Shown one piece after another: positions 42,373 through 52,016 of a DNA stretch of 64,000 nucleotides; positions within the stretch are counted from its first letter, which is position 1; every line of letters starts with the position of its first letter. Position numbers and translations under genes: made by a program. The stretch covers positions 8,923-72,922 of the forward strand of contig NZ_CAXSHM010000007.1 of NCBI RefSeq assembly GCF_964237335.1, read 5' to 3'. The notes beneath the pieces were generated by a model. That model did no database searches. It was not told where the DNA came from and saw only the letters and a program-made list of their open reading frames with translations. Source of the stretch: an uncultured Sphingomonas sp. GTDB lineage: Bacteria; Pseudomonadota; Alphaproteobacteria; Sphingomonadales; Sphingomonadaceae.

Positions 42373-42443
42373 TGGCGCAGGCCTCGGCGGTGTCGTCGAG
42401 AAGGTACGGCTCCAGCCCCTCCACCCAAGCCACGTCGTACCGG

Positions 42444-43796
<1,353 letters not shown>

Positions 43797-43797
43797 G

Positions 43798-44271
43798 TTA
43801 TTCGACCACGACGAGCGGCTGGTCGAACTCGACGGGCTGGCCGTTGTCGACCAGCACCTCGCGCACCGTCCCGGCGCTGGGGGCGAGGATCGGGTTCATC
43901 ACCTTCATCGCCTCGACGATCAGCAGCGTGTCGCCCGCCTTCACCGGCTGGCCGGGGCTGACGAACGGCCGGGAGCCCGGCTCGGCCGACAGATAGGCGG
44001 TACCGACCATCGGCGACTTGACCGCCTCTACACGTGGCGCGGGCGTCGGCACGGCGATCGCCTCGATCGGCGCGGCGGCCGGTGCGGCTTGCTGCGGCGG
44101 ATAAGATGGCGCGGTAGCCCCGCCGCCGCCGACCTTGCGCGCGACGCGGATCTTGCGCGGGCCGTCCTCCACCTCGATCTCGGTCAGCGCACTTGCGTCG
44201 AGCAATTCGGCGAGCTGGCGCACGAGGTCGATGTCGACCTGCATCGCTCCCGTCTCAGTCGTATCGGTCAT
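43798..44271 (-). CDS. accB: acetyl-CoA carboxylase biotin carboxyl carrier protein
   Basis: 157 aa. Pro/Ala linker and the EAMKVMN biotinylation motif. Confidence 0.95.
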   Translation of the reverse strand: MTDTTETGAMQVDIDLVRQLAELLDASALTEIEVEDGPRKIRVARKVGGGGATAPSYPPQQAAPAAAPIEAIAVPTPAPRVEAVKSPMVGTAYLSAEPGSRPFVSPGQPVKAGDTLLIVEAMKVMNPILAPSAGTVREVLVDNGQPVEFDQPLVVVE

Positions 44272-44284
44272 GCGACCCTTCCCC

Positions 44285-44314
44285 GTTCCAACCGGCCCAG
44301 TTCCAACCGGGCCC
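44285..44314. repeat. 15-bp tandem direct repeat in the aroQ-accB spacer
   Basis: gttccaaccggccca followed immediately by gttccaaccgggccc, 14-43 nt upstream of the accB start. Confidence 0.7.
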
Positions 44315-44348
44315 GTGCCAGGCGGCCCATTTCAAGCGGGGGCGTGTG

Positions 44349-44780
44349 TCAGAAGCGTGCGGCGGCTTCAAGCGCGAGGATGTAGGAGTGGGCGCCGAAG
44401 CCCGCGATCGTGCCCCGCGCGGCACGACCGACGAAGCTGCGATGGCGGAAATCCTCGCGCGCGTGGGGATTGGACAGATGGACCTCGATGACCGGCGTGG
44501 TCACCGACTTGATCGCGTCATGCAGCGCGACCGACGTGTGGGTGAAGCCGCCCGCGTTCAGCAGCACCGCCTTCGCCCCGCTCGCCTGCGCCTCGTGCAG
44601 CCAGTCGATCAGATGCCCCTCGTGGTTGGACTGGCGCATGTCGATCGCGAGGCCCAACGCCTGCGCGCGGTCCTCCAGCAGGCCGGCGATGTCGTCCAGC
44701 GTGTCGTGGCCATAGACGTCGGGCTCGCGCGTGCCGAGCAGGTTGAGGTTGGGGCCGTTGAGGACGAAGACGGTTGGCAT
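44349..44780 (-). CDS. aroQ: type II 3-dehydroquinate dehydratase
   Basis: MPTVFVLNGPNLNLLGTREPDVYG...HLSNPHARE motifs. The track ORF begins 4 codons earlier at GTG 44792. Confidence 0.93.
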   Translation of the reverse strand: MPTVFVLNGPNLNLLGTREPDVYGHDTLDDIAGLLEDRAQALGLAIDMRQSNHEGHLIDWLHEAQASGAKAVLLNAGGFTHTSVALHDAIKSVTTPVIEVHLSNPHAREDFRHRSFVGRAARGTIAGFGAHSYILALEAAARF

Positions 44781-44826
44781 CAGGTCTCGCACTTTGCGTG
44801 TCGCCTCTTATCGGCTAACAGACGGC

Positions 44827-45027
44827 ATGGCTACCGACCCAATCAGATCCGAGCCGCCGTTCGATATCCGCGAGCAACTGGCGCGGATCGACAAGCTGAT
44901 GGCCGAGACCGGGAAGATCAGGCAGGAGACCCGGCTGGCACCGTGGACGATCGTGGTTACGGCGTTGGGAGCAGGCGCCGCACTGTTCGCCGCGGGTGCT
45001 GCTTTCACCAAGCTTGTCCTGGGCTGA
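44827..45027 (+). CDS. hypothetical small tail-anchored membrane protein (66 aa)
   Basis: MATDPIRSEPPFDIREQLARIDKLMAETGKIRQETRLAPW followed by one TM segment, TIVVTALGAGAALFAAGAAF. No recognised family. Confidence 0.4.
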   Translation: MATDPIRSEPPFDIREQLARIDKLMAETGKIRQETRLAPWTIVVTALGAGAALFAAGAAFTKLVLG

Positions 45028-45036
45028 TCTTGTAGC

Positions 45037-46071
45037 ATGCCCCATAGCGACGGCACCGTCTCCATCACCATCAACGGCGAGCACCGGCGCGTCGTTGCCG
45101 GCCTCACCCTCGCGAGCCTCGCGACCGAGCTCGGCCTGGTACCCGAGAAGGTCGCGGTGGAGCGCAACCTGGAGGTCGTGCCGCGCTCGACGCTGGCGGC
45201 GGTGATGGTCGAGGACGGGGACGACATCGAGATCGTGCACTTCGTGGGAGGTGGCGACCACCCGGCCGCGGGGAGCGTCGGCGATCATGCCGCGCCGATC
45301 GTCGAGGATGGCTGGAGCGTCGCCGGCCGTACCTTCCGCTCGCGGCTGATCGTCGGCACCGGCAAGTACAAGGACTTCGCGCAGAACGCCGCGGCGGTCG
45401 AGGCGTCTGGCGCGGAGATCGTCACCGTCGCCGTCCGCCGCGTCAACATCGCCGACCGCAACGCGCCGATGCTGACCGACTTCATCGATCCCAAGCGCAT
45501 CACCTACCTGCCCAACACGGCCGGCTGTTTCGACGCGGAAAGCGCGATCCGCACGCTGCGGCTGGCGCGCGAGGCGGGGGGATGGGACCTTGTGAAGCTG
45601 GAGGTGCTGGGCGAAGCGCGCACGCTCTACCCCGACATGGTCGAGACGCTGCGCGCGACCGAGATCCTCGCCAACGAGGGCTTCCTGCCGATGGTGTATT
45701 GCGTCGACGATCCGATCGCCGCGAAACGGCTGGAGAATGTCGGCGCGGTCGCGATCATGCCGCTGGGCGCGCCGATCGGATCGGGGCTGGGCATCCAGAA
45801 TCGGGTGACGATCCGGCTGATCGTCGAAGGCGCCACGGTGCCGGTGCTGGTGGATGCGGGCGTCGGCACCGCGAGCGAGGCGGCGGCGGCGATGGAGCTT
45901 GGCTGCGACGGCGTGCTGATGAACACCGCGATCGCCGAGGCCAAGGACCCGATCCTGATGGCGCGCGCGATGAAGGCCGGCGTCGACGCGGGGCGGCTCG
46001 CCTATCGCGCCGGGCGGATGGGCATCCGGCGCTACGCCGATCCGTCCAGTCCGCTCGCGGGCCTGATCTGA
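45037..46071 (+). CDS. thiG: fused sulfur-carrier ThiS / thiazole synthase ThiG
   Basis: Residues 1-73 form a ThiS-like beta-grasp ending VHFVGGG. A linker of about 19 aa follows, then ThiG ([13 protein letters not shown]...LKLEVLG...[13 protein letters not shown]). There is no stop and no in-frame start between the two parts. Confidence 0.85.
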   Translation: MPHSDGTVSITINGEHRRVVAGLTLASLATELGLVPEKVAVERNLEVVPRSTLAAVMVEDGDDIEIVHFVGGGDHPAAGSVGDHAAPIVEDGWSVAGRTFRSRLIVGTGKYKDFAQNAAAVEASGAEIVTVAVRRVNIADRNAPMLTDFIDPKRITYLPNTAGCFDAESAIRTLRLAREAGGWDLVKLEVLGEARTLYPDMVETLRATEILANEGFLPMVYCVDDPIAAKRLENVGAVAIMPLGAPIGSGLGIQNRVTIRLIVEGATVPVLVDAGVGTASEAAAAMELGCDGVLMNTAIAEAKDPILMARAMKAGVDAGRLAYRAGRMGIRRYADPSSPLAGLI

Positions 46072-46194
46072 CCGCCTGGCGGCAACGCGATCGGAACGCC
46101 GGTGTTACGGAACCCGTTCGCCGGTGGCGTGTTGATATAGGGTAAGTTGGAGCAAGGTCAGCATCGGCCTCTGCGACGAGTGATGGAGAGCATC

Positions 46195-46377
46195 ATGGGT
46201 GAGTTCACGGACAAGGTCAAAGCCGCCGGCAACAAGGTCGCGGGCGAGGCCAAGGAAGCGATCGGCAAGGCGACCCATAACGAGGACCTGACCGCCGAGG
46301 GCCAGGCCCAGCAGGTCAAGGGCGTCGGTCAGGACGTCAAGGGCAGCGTCAAGGGCGCGCTTGGCGACGACATCTAA
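46195..46377 (+). CDS. CsbD family stress-response protein
   Basis: 60 aa. MGEFTDKVKAAGNKVAGEAKEAIGKATHNEDLTAEGQAQQVKG is the canonical CsbD repeat. GGAGAG RBS. Confidence 0.85.
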   Translation: MGEFTDKVKAAGNKVAGEAKEAIGKATHNEDLTAEGQAQQVKGVGQDVKGSVKGALGDDI

Positions 46378-46405
46378 GGTCGTCTGCTTCGATCGAACGA
46401 GGAAC

Positions 46406-46436
46406 GGGCCGCTCCTGATCGGGGCGGCCCTTTTTG
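46406..46436 (+). terminator. rho-independent terminator after csbD
   Basis: Stem gggccgc / gcggccc followed by TTTTT. Confidence 0.75.
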
Positions 46437-46449
46437 TTGGGAGCGGCGG

Positions 46450-46986
46450 ATGCGGGGGTTGCTGATCGCCTTGCTGGCCGGGCTGCAATCCGGCGACGGG
46501 GCGGTACCGTGCCGTCTGGACGTCCCGGCCGCTTGCCGCGATACCAATACGCTCGTGTCGTCCGACGGGTTCGACGCGGCGATATCGGCCTTCCTCGGCG
46601 ATCGGCGCGCCGACTTCCTCTACAAGGACCATAGCGTCGCCGAGCAGGCGACCGACGTGCTCGGCGGACCGCCCGATGTGCCGACACGGATCGGACCCTA
46701 TTGGCGTTTCACCGCCTGCCGGGCGCACTCCTGCGGCGAGAAAGGCGCGGTCGTGTTGCTGCCGAGCGGCGCGATCGTCGCGGTCGCCATCCTGCACAGC
46801 CGCTGCGCGCTGCCGCAGCCGGGGGCGGACTGTTTCGCGCACGACACGCTCACGCTGTTCGTCCGGGCCGCGGGCCCGGACGTGATCCGCAATCTTCGGT
46901 CCTGGGGCGAGGATCAGGCTCGGGTCGGGCGGGTGGCGGGCCTTCGCGCGACGACGCTGGACGCGGTTGAGGTGGTGCCGGTATGA
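46450..46986 (+). CDS. hypothetical protein with an Ivy-like (lysozyme inhibitor) CxxHxCG loop motif
   Basis: 178 aa, high GC3. The segment YWRFTACRAHSCGEKGAVVL parallels E. coli Ivy YQVMSACKPHDCGSQRIAVM. Weak N-terminal hydrophobic segment. Confidence 0.55.
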   Translation: MRGLLIALLAGLQSGDGAVPCRLDVPAACRDTNTLVSSDGFDAAISAFLGDRRADFLYKDHSVAEQATDVLGGPPDVPTRIGPYWRFTACRAHSCGEKGAVVLLPSGAIVAVAILHSRCALPQPGADCFAHDTLTLFVRAAGPDVIRNLRSWGEDQARVGRVAGLRATTLDAVEVVPV

Positions 46987-47053
46987 CCCTGGCACTGGCT
47001 TGACCGCCGTTGTCGCCGAGCCCTAAGCCGCCGACAGCCAAGGAGAGCCGTCC

Positions 47054-47797
47054 ATGAAGAAACTCTACCCCGATGCCGCGGCCGCGCTCGACGGGCTGCT
47101 GCGCGACGGCATCACGATTTGCGCCGGCGGCTTCGGCCTGTGCGGCATCCCGGAGCGGCTGATCGACGCGATCCGCGACTCAGGCGTCACGGGGCTCACG
47201 ATCGCGAGCAACAACGCCGGCGTGGACGGTGAGGGATTGGGCAAGCTGCTGCGCACGCATCAGGTCGCCAAGATGATCTCGAGCTATGTCGGTGAGAACA
47301 AGGAGTTCGAGCGCCAGTATCTGTCGGGCGAGCTGGAGGTGGAGTTCTGCCCGCAGGGAACGCTCGCCGAACGATGCCGCGCGGGCGGGGCGGGCATTCC
47401 GGGGTTCTACACCAGGACGGGCGTCGGCACGCTGGTGGCCGAGGGTAAGGAAGTGAAGAGCTTCGACGGGCCGAACGGACCCGAGGACTTCATCCTCGAA
47501 CGTGGGATCCGCGCAGACCTGTCGATCATCAAGGGCTGGCGCGCGGACGAAGCGGGCAACCTCCAGTTCCGCAAGACGGCCCGCAACTTCAACCAGCCGA
47601 TGGCGACCGCCGGGCGCATCTGCGTCGCCGAGGTGGAGGAGGTGGTGCCGGTCGGCAGCCTCGATCCCGACCAGATCCACTTGCCCGGCATCTATGTGAA
47701 GCGGATGATCGTCGGTGCTCCCTACGACAAGCGCATCGAGTTCCGCACGACGCGGACGCGCGACACGGCGGGGGCGGCGGCGGGAAGCGAGGTTTGA
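47054..47797 (+). CDS. scoA: 3-oxoacid CoA-transferase subunit A
   Basis: 247 aa. [13 protein letters not shown]...SNNAG...[15 protein letters not shown] motifs. Confidence 0.93.
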   Translation: MKKLYPDAAAALDGLLRDGITICAGGFGLCGIPERLIDAIRDSGVTGLTIASNNAGVDGEGLGKLLRTHQVAKMISSYVGENKEFERQYLSGELEVEFCPQGTLAERCRAGGAGIPGFYTRTGVGTLVAEGKEVKSFDGPNGPEDFILERGIRADLSIIKGWRADEAGNLQFRKTARNFNQPMATAGRICVAEVEEVVPVGSLDPDQIHLPGIYVKRMIVGAPYDKRIEFRTTRTRDTAGAAAGSEV

Positions 47798-47813
47798 GGC
47801 GTTGTGCTTCCCC

Positions 47814-47879
47814 CACCCCGGCGAAGGCCGGAGCCCAGTCGCGAACGGCCCGATGCTGGGCCCCGGCCTTTGCCGGGGT
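47814..47879. repeat. MITE/REP-like palindromic element, family E
   Basis: caccccggcgaaggccggagcccag ... ctgggccccggcctttgccggggt inverted arms, directly after the scoA stop. Confidence 0.7.
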
Positions 47880-47886
47880 ATCGGCT

Positions 47887-48804
47887 ATGATGGTTTTGAA
47901 CGGCTGCGCTGGCGCCGCTGTCGATCGTCCTGATACATCCGCGCAGCATCTTGCCGGATCAGCGGCCGAGAGTTCCGCGCCCGTGCCGAACACCGCCCGT
48001 CCTGCGCCCGCGCCGATCCCCGGGACCGTGCCGCCTGGCATGCAATATCTATACGGCTCGGGCGAGGCGGCTGCGATCTCGATCCAAGCGTGGCATGCGC
48101 TGGCCGGCTATGTCGCGGACAAGGTGAAGCACGGGCCCACCGACAGCGTGGTGCTCGACGAGGGCGCAACGCTCGTTGATCCGCGCTTCGTACCTTGCGG
48201 CGCCAAGCCGCTCGCCGCCGTGTTCGACGTCGACGAGACGGTGCTGCTCAACCTCGGGTTCGAGGGCGACGACGCGGCACATCCCGGGCGACCCTACGAC
48301 CCGGCCCGTTGGCGCGCCTATGAGGCGACGGGGACCACCGCCGTCGCGCCTGTTCCCGGCGCTCGCGAGGCGCTGGCCGCGATCCGCGCGATGGGCGTGG
48401 CCGTGGTGTTCAACACCAACCGCTCTGCCGCGACCGCCGCGTTCAGCGAGGCGGCGATCGATGGCGCGGGCATCGGCCCCGCCCGCCACCGCGACACGCT
48501 GTACCTCGCCGGCGACGATACCACCGGCACCCACAAGGACGCGCGTCGGGCGGCGATCGCCCGCCGCTTCTGCGTCGTCGCCATGGGCGGCGACCAGCTC
48601 GGCGACTTCTCGGACCTGTTCGGCGGCTTCGGCCGGTCGCCCGCGAACCGCCGCGCCGCGACGGTCGCCGGCCCCATCTCGCACCTATGGGGCGCCGGCT
48701 GGTTCGTGCTGCCCAATCCCGTATACGGCACGGCGCTCACGGGGAGCATGGACGACGTGTTCCCCGCCGACCGCCGCTGGACCGCTCCAAAGGAGAGTAA
48801 CTGA
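47887..48804 (+). CDS. HAD superfamily class C acid phosphatase / 5'-nucleotidase, lipoprotein e(P4)-like
   Basis: Lipobox MMVLNGC and the [14 protein letters not shown]-phosphatase motif. The stop overlaps the scoB ATG. The track start at 47794 runs through the repeat and was rejected. Confidence 0.75.
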   Translation: MMVLNGCAGAAVDRPDTSAQHLAGSAAESSAPVPNTARPAPAPIPGTVPPGMQYLYGSGEAAAISIQAWHALAGYVADKVKHGPTDSVVLDEGATLVDPRFVPCGAKPLAAVFDVDETVLLNLGFEGDDAAHPGRPYDPARWRAYEATGTTAVAPVPGAREALAAIRAMGVAVVFNTNRSAATAAFSEAAIDGAGIGPARHRDTLYLAGDDTTGTHKDARRAAIARRFCVVAMGGDQLGDFSDLFGGFGRSPANRRAATVAGPISHLWGAGWFVLPNPVYGTALTGSMDDVFPADRRWTAPKESN

Positions 48805-49454
48805 TGCCCCAGGACAACAAGGGCTGGACCCGTGACCAGATTGCTGCCCGTGCGGCGCGCGAGCTGAGGGACGGCTTCTACGTCAACCTCGGCATCGGCA
48901 TTCCGACGCTGGTGGCGAACCACATCCCCGACGGCGTCGAGGTGACGCTCCAGTCGGAGAATGGCATGCTCGGCATCGGCCCGTTCCCGTATGAAGACGA
49001 GGTCGACCCGGACCTCATCAACGCCGGCAAGCAGACGATCAGCGAGCTGCCCCAGTCCGCCTATTTCGGCTCCGAACAGAGCTTCGCGATGATCCGCGGT
49101 GGGCACATCGACCTGACGGTGCTCGGCGCGATGGAGATCAGCGAGACGGGCGACATCGCCAACTGGATGATCCCCGGCAAGATGATCAAGGGCATGGGCG
49201 GCGCGATGGACCTCGTCGCCGGAGTAAAGCGGATCATCGTCGTGATGGAGCACAATGCGAAGGACGGCAGCCCGAAGTTCATCCCCGCCTGCACGCTGCC
49301 GCTGACGGGCAAGGGCGTCGTCGACATGATCGTCACCGACCTCGCGGTGTTCTCCCGGCCGGATCACCAGTCTCCGTTCGCGCTGGTCGAGTGCGCACCG
49401 GGCGTGACGCAGGACGAGGTCGCGGCGAAGACCACGGCGCGGTTCGTCATCTAG
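48804..49454 (+). CDS. scoB: 3-oxoacid CoA-transferase subunit B
   Basis: 216 aa. [10 protein letters not shown]...LQSENG...GGAMDLV motifs. AAGGAGAG RBS inside the 3' end of the phosphatase gene. Confidence 0.93.
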   Translation: MPQDNKGWTRDQIAARAARELRDGFYVNLGIGIPTLVANHIPDGVEVTLQSENGMLGIGPFPYEDEVDPDLINAGKQTISELPQSAYFGSEQSFAMIRGGHIDLTVLGAMEISETGDIANWMIPGKMIKGMGGAMDLVAGVKRIIVVMEHNAKDGSPKFIPACTLPLTGKGVVDMIVTDLAVFSRPDHQSPFALVECAPGVTQDEVAAKTTARFVI

Positions 49455-49886
49455 CTAGACGAACAGGTCCACCACGTCCGCGTCCGGCATCGTCGCGGCG
49501 ATCAGCAGCGAGCGGTGACATCCGGCCGAGTCGCGCTCGAAGCACAGCAGGGCGGTCGACCGCTCCGCGACCAGGTCGCGCAGTTGCGCCGCCTGGAGCA
49601 TCGCCTCGGGCAGATCGAGCTGGCCGGCATAGACGCGCGCCAGCGTCGCGTGATCGCCACGCCGCGCCGCCTCGCGCCCCTCGGGCGGGGTGCCGAGCGC
49701 CTTCAGGCCGACATAGTCGATCCCCGCCTCGCGCAGCCCGGCGGCGAGGACGTTCTTGGAGAAGCCCGGCCGCCGCGACAGCGGCACCGCGCGCACGTCG
49801 GCGATCAGCGTGACGCCCGCCGCCGTCAGCACCGCGATCAGCCCGGCCTGCGTCGCGCCCTCATAGCCGATGGTGAAGATCGTCAC
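49455..49886 (-). CDS. DUF488 domain-containing protein
   Basis: GTG 49886 overlaps the ruvX stop (GTGA). IFTIGYEG...[18 protein letters not shown]...[15 protein letters not shown] is the DUF488 signature. Confidence 0.8.
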   Translation of the reverse strand: MTIFTIGYEGATQAGLIAVLTAAGVTLIADVRAVPLSRRPGFSKNVLAAGLREAGIDYVGLKALGTPPEGREAARRGDHATLARVYAGQLDLPEAMLQAAQLRDLVAERSTALLCFERDSAGCHRSLLIAATMPDADVVDLFV

Positions 49887-50353
49887 GGCATCGCCATCAG
49901 CGCATCGATCGCGCCCTGCAGGATGTGCGCCGCCGCCATCTTGTCGACCAGTTCGGCGCGGCGTGCGCGGCTCGCGTCCTGCTCGATCAGCACGCGGGTG
50001 ACGGCCTGCGTCGACCAGCGCTCGTCCCACAGCAGGATGGGGTAGCCCAGGTCCACGCAGTTGCGGGCGAAGGCGCGGGTGGATTGCGCGCGTGGCCCCT
50101 CGCTGCCGTCGAGGTTGATCGGCAGGCCCAGCACCCAGCCGGCGACGTGCTGCGCCCCGGACAGCGCGACCAGCGCGGCCTTGTCGGCGGCGAACTTAGC
50201 CCGGCGCACCAGCAGCGCGGGGCTGGCATAGCTCCACCCCGCATCGCACAGCGCGGTGCCGATCGTCTTAGTGCCAAGATCGAGGCCCAGCAGCCGGCCG
50301 CCGCCGGGCAGCGCCGCGCGAAAGGCCTCTCGTTCGGTCGTGACGAGGCTCAC
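49883..50353 (-). CDS. ruvX: Holliday junction resolvase-like RuvX (YqgF)
   Basis: GTG 50353 overlaps the upstream stop (GTGA). [15 protein letters not shown]...[14 protein letters not shown]...DERWST motifs. Confidence 0.9.
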   Translation of the reverse strand: MSLVTTEREAFRAALPGGGRLLGLDLGTKTIGTALCDAGWSYASPALLVRRAKFAADKAALVALSGAQHVAGWVLGLPINLDGSEGPRAQSTRAFARNCVDLGYPILLWDERWSTQAVTRVLIEQDASRARRAELVDKMAAAHILQGAIDALMAMP

Positions 50354-51498
50354 CGCTTGCCCGCGCTTGCGCCCGCACCCTGGCTGGCCCGCCACGCCGC
50401 CAGCCGCCGCGCGGCGTCGGCGCGCACATTGGCCCAAAACAGGCTGTAGTCGTAGACGTGGTAGTTGTTGCCCGGCAGCACGTAATTGGGCAGCGCCGGC
50501 GGATCGCCGATCAGCAGGAACCCGCGCGGGTCGCAGCGCGCGGGCACCCGGCCCGGCACGATCTGCGCGGTCGCGAGATCGGCGGTGGGGAACAATGTGC
50601 CGAGATTGGCCGTCGCGGGCGCGCCGCCGCCGAGGCCGCCGGTCAGCGGATTGCTGCACAGCATCGGCGTGCCGCGCCGCGGCTGGCCGGTGAAGCCGCG
50701 CGTCACGTCGTACACGTCAGTGACCATCGACGGGTCGGCGGGCTCGGCGAAGCTCATCCAGTCGAGGATGCAGCCGCCCTGGTCCGCGCTGGCGCAGGCG
50801 GGCAGGCCGAGCTTCGGCAGATCGGTGGCGACCGAGATTGGCCAGCCGACGACATATGCCGCGACGATCCGCTTGGCGAGCGGGGTGCCGGCGATCCGGT
50901 CGCGCAACAGTCGCTCGACGTGCAGCGCGCCCTGGCTGTGGCCGGCGAGGACGATCGGGCGGTCGGGGCCGATCTGCGCGAGGAAGCTGTCGAACGCCGC
51001 CGCCACGTCGGAATAGGCAAGGGCGAGCGCCTGGTCCGCGTTGGCGCCGCTCGTCAGGAATGCGCCGAACGTCGCCTGGCGGTAGCGCGGCGCCCAGATC
51101 TCGCCCATGCCGTTGAACGCGCTCGCCTGCGCGCGCAGGAATAACGCCGCGCGCGCATTGGCGTCGGCGTTGTCGAGCGGCGCGTTCCAGCGCGACCGGT
51201 CGATGAACGAGGTCGGGTGGACGAAGAACACCGCCGGCGCCGTCGCGGCCTGGTTGGCCGGGAGCGGCTGGTAGCCGGGCGGCGCCCAGAGCGCGGGGTT
51301 GCCGGGGATGTCGGGGCGGGCGATCCACATCGCGCGCGCCTCATATTGCTGGGCGCGCGCCTGAGGCTCGTCCTGGAACGCCACCGACGGCGTCGCCGCC
51401 CAGCGGACAAGTTGTTTGCCGAACAGCGCGTAGACGAACAGCGCCGCGATCGCGAGCACGATCAGGACCGTGACGGCGTACAGGAACTTGCGGGCCAA
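50350..51498 (-). CDS. DUF3089 domain-containing alpha/beta-hydrolase-like protein
   Basis: 382 aa. N-terminal TM anchor, VFFVHPT, and a GHSQGA nucleophile-elbow motif. Confidence 0.75.
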   Translation of the reverse strand: MARKFLYAVTVLIVLAIAALFVYALFGKQLVRWAATPSVAFQDEPQARAQQYEARAMWIARPDIPGNPALWAPPGYQPLPANQAATAPAVFFVHPTSFIDRSRWNAPLDNADANARAALFLRAQASAFNGMGEIWAPRYRQATFGAFLTSGANADQALALAYSDVAAAFDSFLAQIGPDRPIVLAGHSQGALHVERLLRDRIAGTPLAKRIVAAYVVGWPISVATDLPKLGLPACASADQGGCILDWMSFAEPADPSMVTDVYDVTRGFTGQPRRGTPMLCSNPLTGGLGGGAPATANLGTLFPTADLATAQIVPGRVPARCDPRGFLLIGDPPALPNYVLPGNNYHVYDYSLFWANVRADAARRLAAWRASQGAGASAGKR

Positions 51499-51610
51499 GC
51501 GGGCGGTCTCCGTCGCGCGATGGGGTATGCCGCTGCCGTGCCCCGGATCGCCCGGTCACGCAACGCCGGCGGGTTGCGCCCCGCTGCATGCGGGTGCTAG
51601 CCGCGCACGC

Positions 51611-51913
51611 ATGGCAGTGGACACGGCAACCGTCGCGCGCGTGGCGCGGCTCGCGCGCATCGCGACGAGCGAGGAGGAGGCCGCGCGCCTCGCCCCCGAA
51701 CTCGACCAGATCATGGGCTGGATCGAGCAACTGGCACAGGTCGACACGACCGGCGTCGAGCCGATGACGGCGGTGATCCCCAACACGCTGCGGCTGCGCG
51801 ACGATGTCGTCGACGCCGATCCGCTGACGGGCGGCGGCATCCGCGATCAGTTGATGGCGAACGCGCCCGAGGCCGAGTATGGGTTCTTCACCGTGCCCAA
51901 GGTGATCGAGTGA
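51611..51913 (+). CDS. gatC: Asp-tRNA(Asn)/Glu-tRNA(Gln) amidotransferase subunit C
   Basis: 100 aa. [45 protein letters not shown]. Confidence 0.93.
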   Translation: MAVDTATVARVARLARIATSEEEAARLAPELDQIMGWIEQLAQVDTTGVEPMTAVIPNTLRLRDDVVDADPLTGGGIRDQLMANAPEAEYGFFTVPKVIE

Positions 51914-51922
51914 TGACGTTTT

Positions 51923-52003
51923 CCGTCACCCCAGCGAACGCTGGGATCTCTACGGGTGGCGTCCTCCCGATCGAAAAGACTCCAGCTTCCGCTGGCGTGA
52001 CGG
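51923..52003. repeat. MITE/REP-like element, family C
   Basis: ccgtcaccccagcgaacgctgggatctc ... actccagcttccgctggcgtgacgg. Fills the gatC-gatA spacer. Confidence 0.8.
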
Positions 52004-52016
52004 CTAGAGTGGCACG

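Noticed and set aside
42372-42443. A 26-codon frame immediately downstream of accC on the minus strand (RYDVAWVEGLEPYLLDDTAEACAIIR-stop), possibly a gene fragment.
   Set aside because: It is too short to identify, has no start codon or RBS, and cannot be distinguished from chance in high-GC sequence.
44793-45036. TPP (THI-box) riboswitch upstream of thiS-thiG.
   Set aside because: I could not find the conserved CUGAGA / ACCUGAUCUGGAUAAUGCCAGCG-type core. The interval is instead occupied by a plausible 66-codon ORF.
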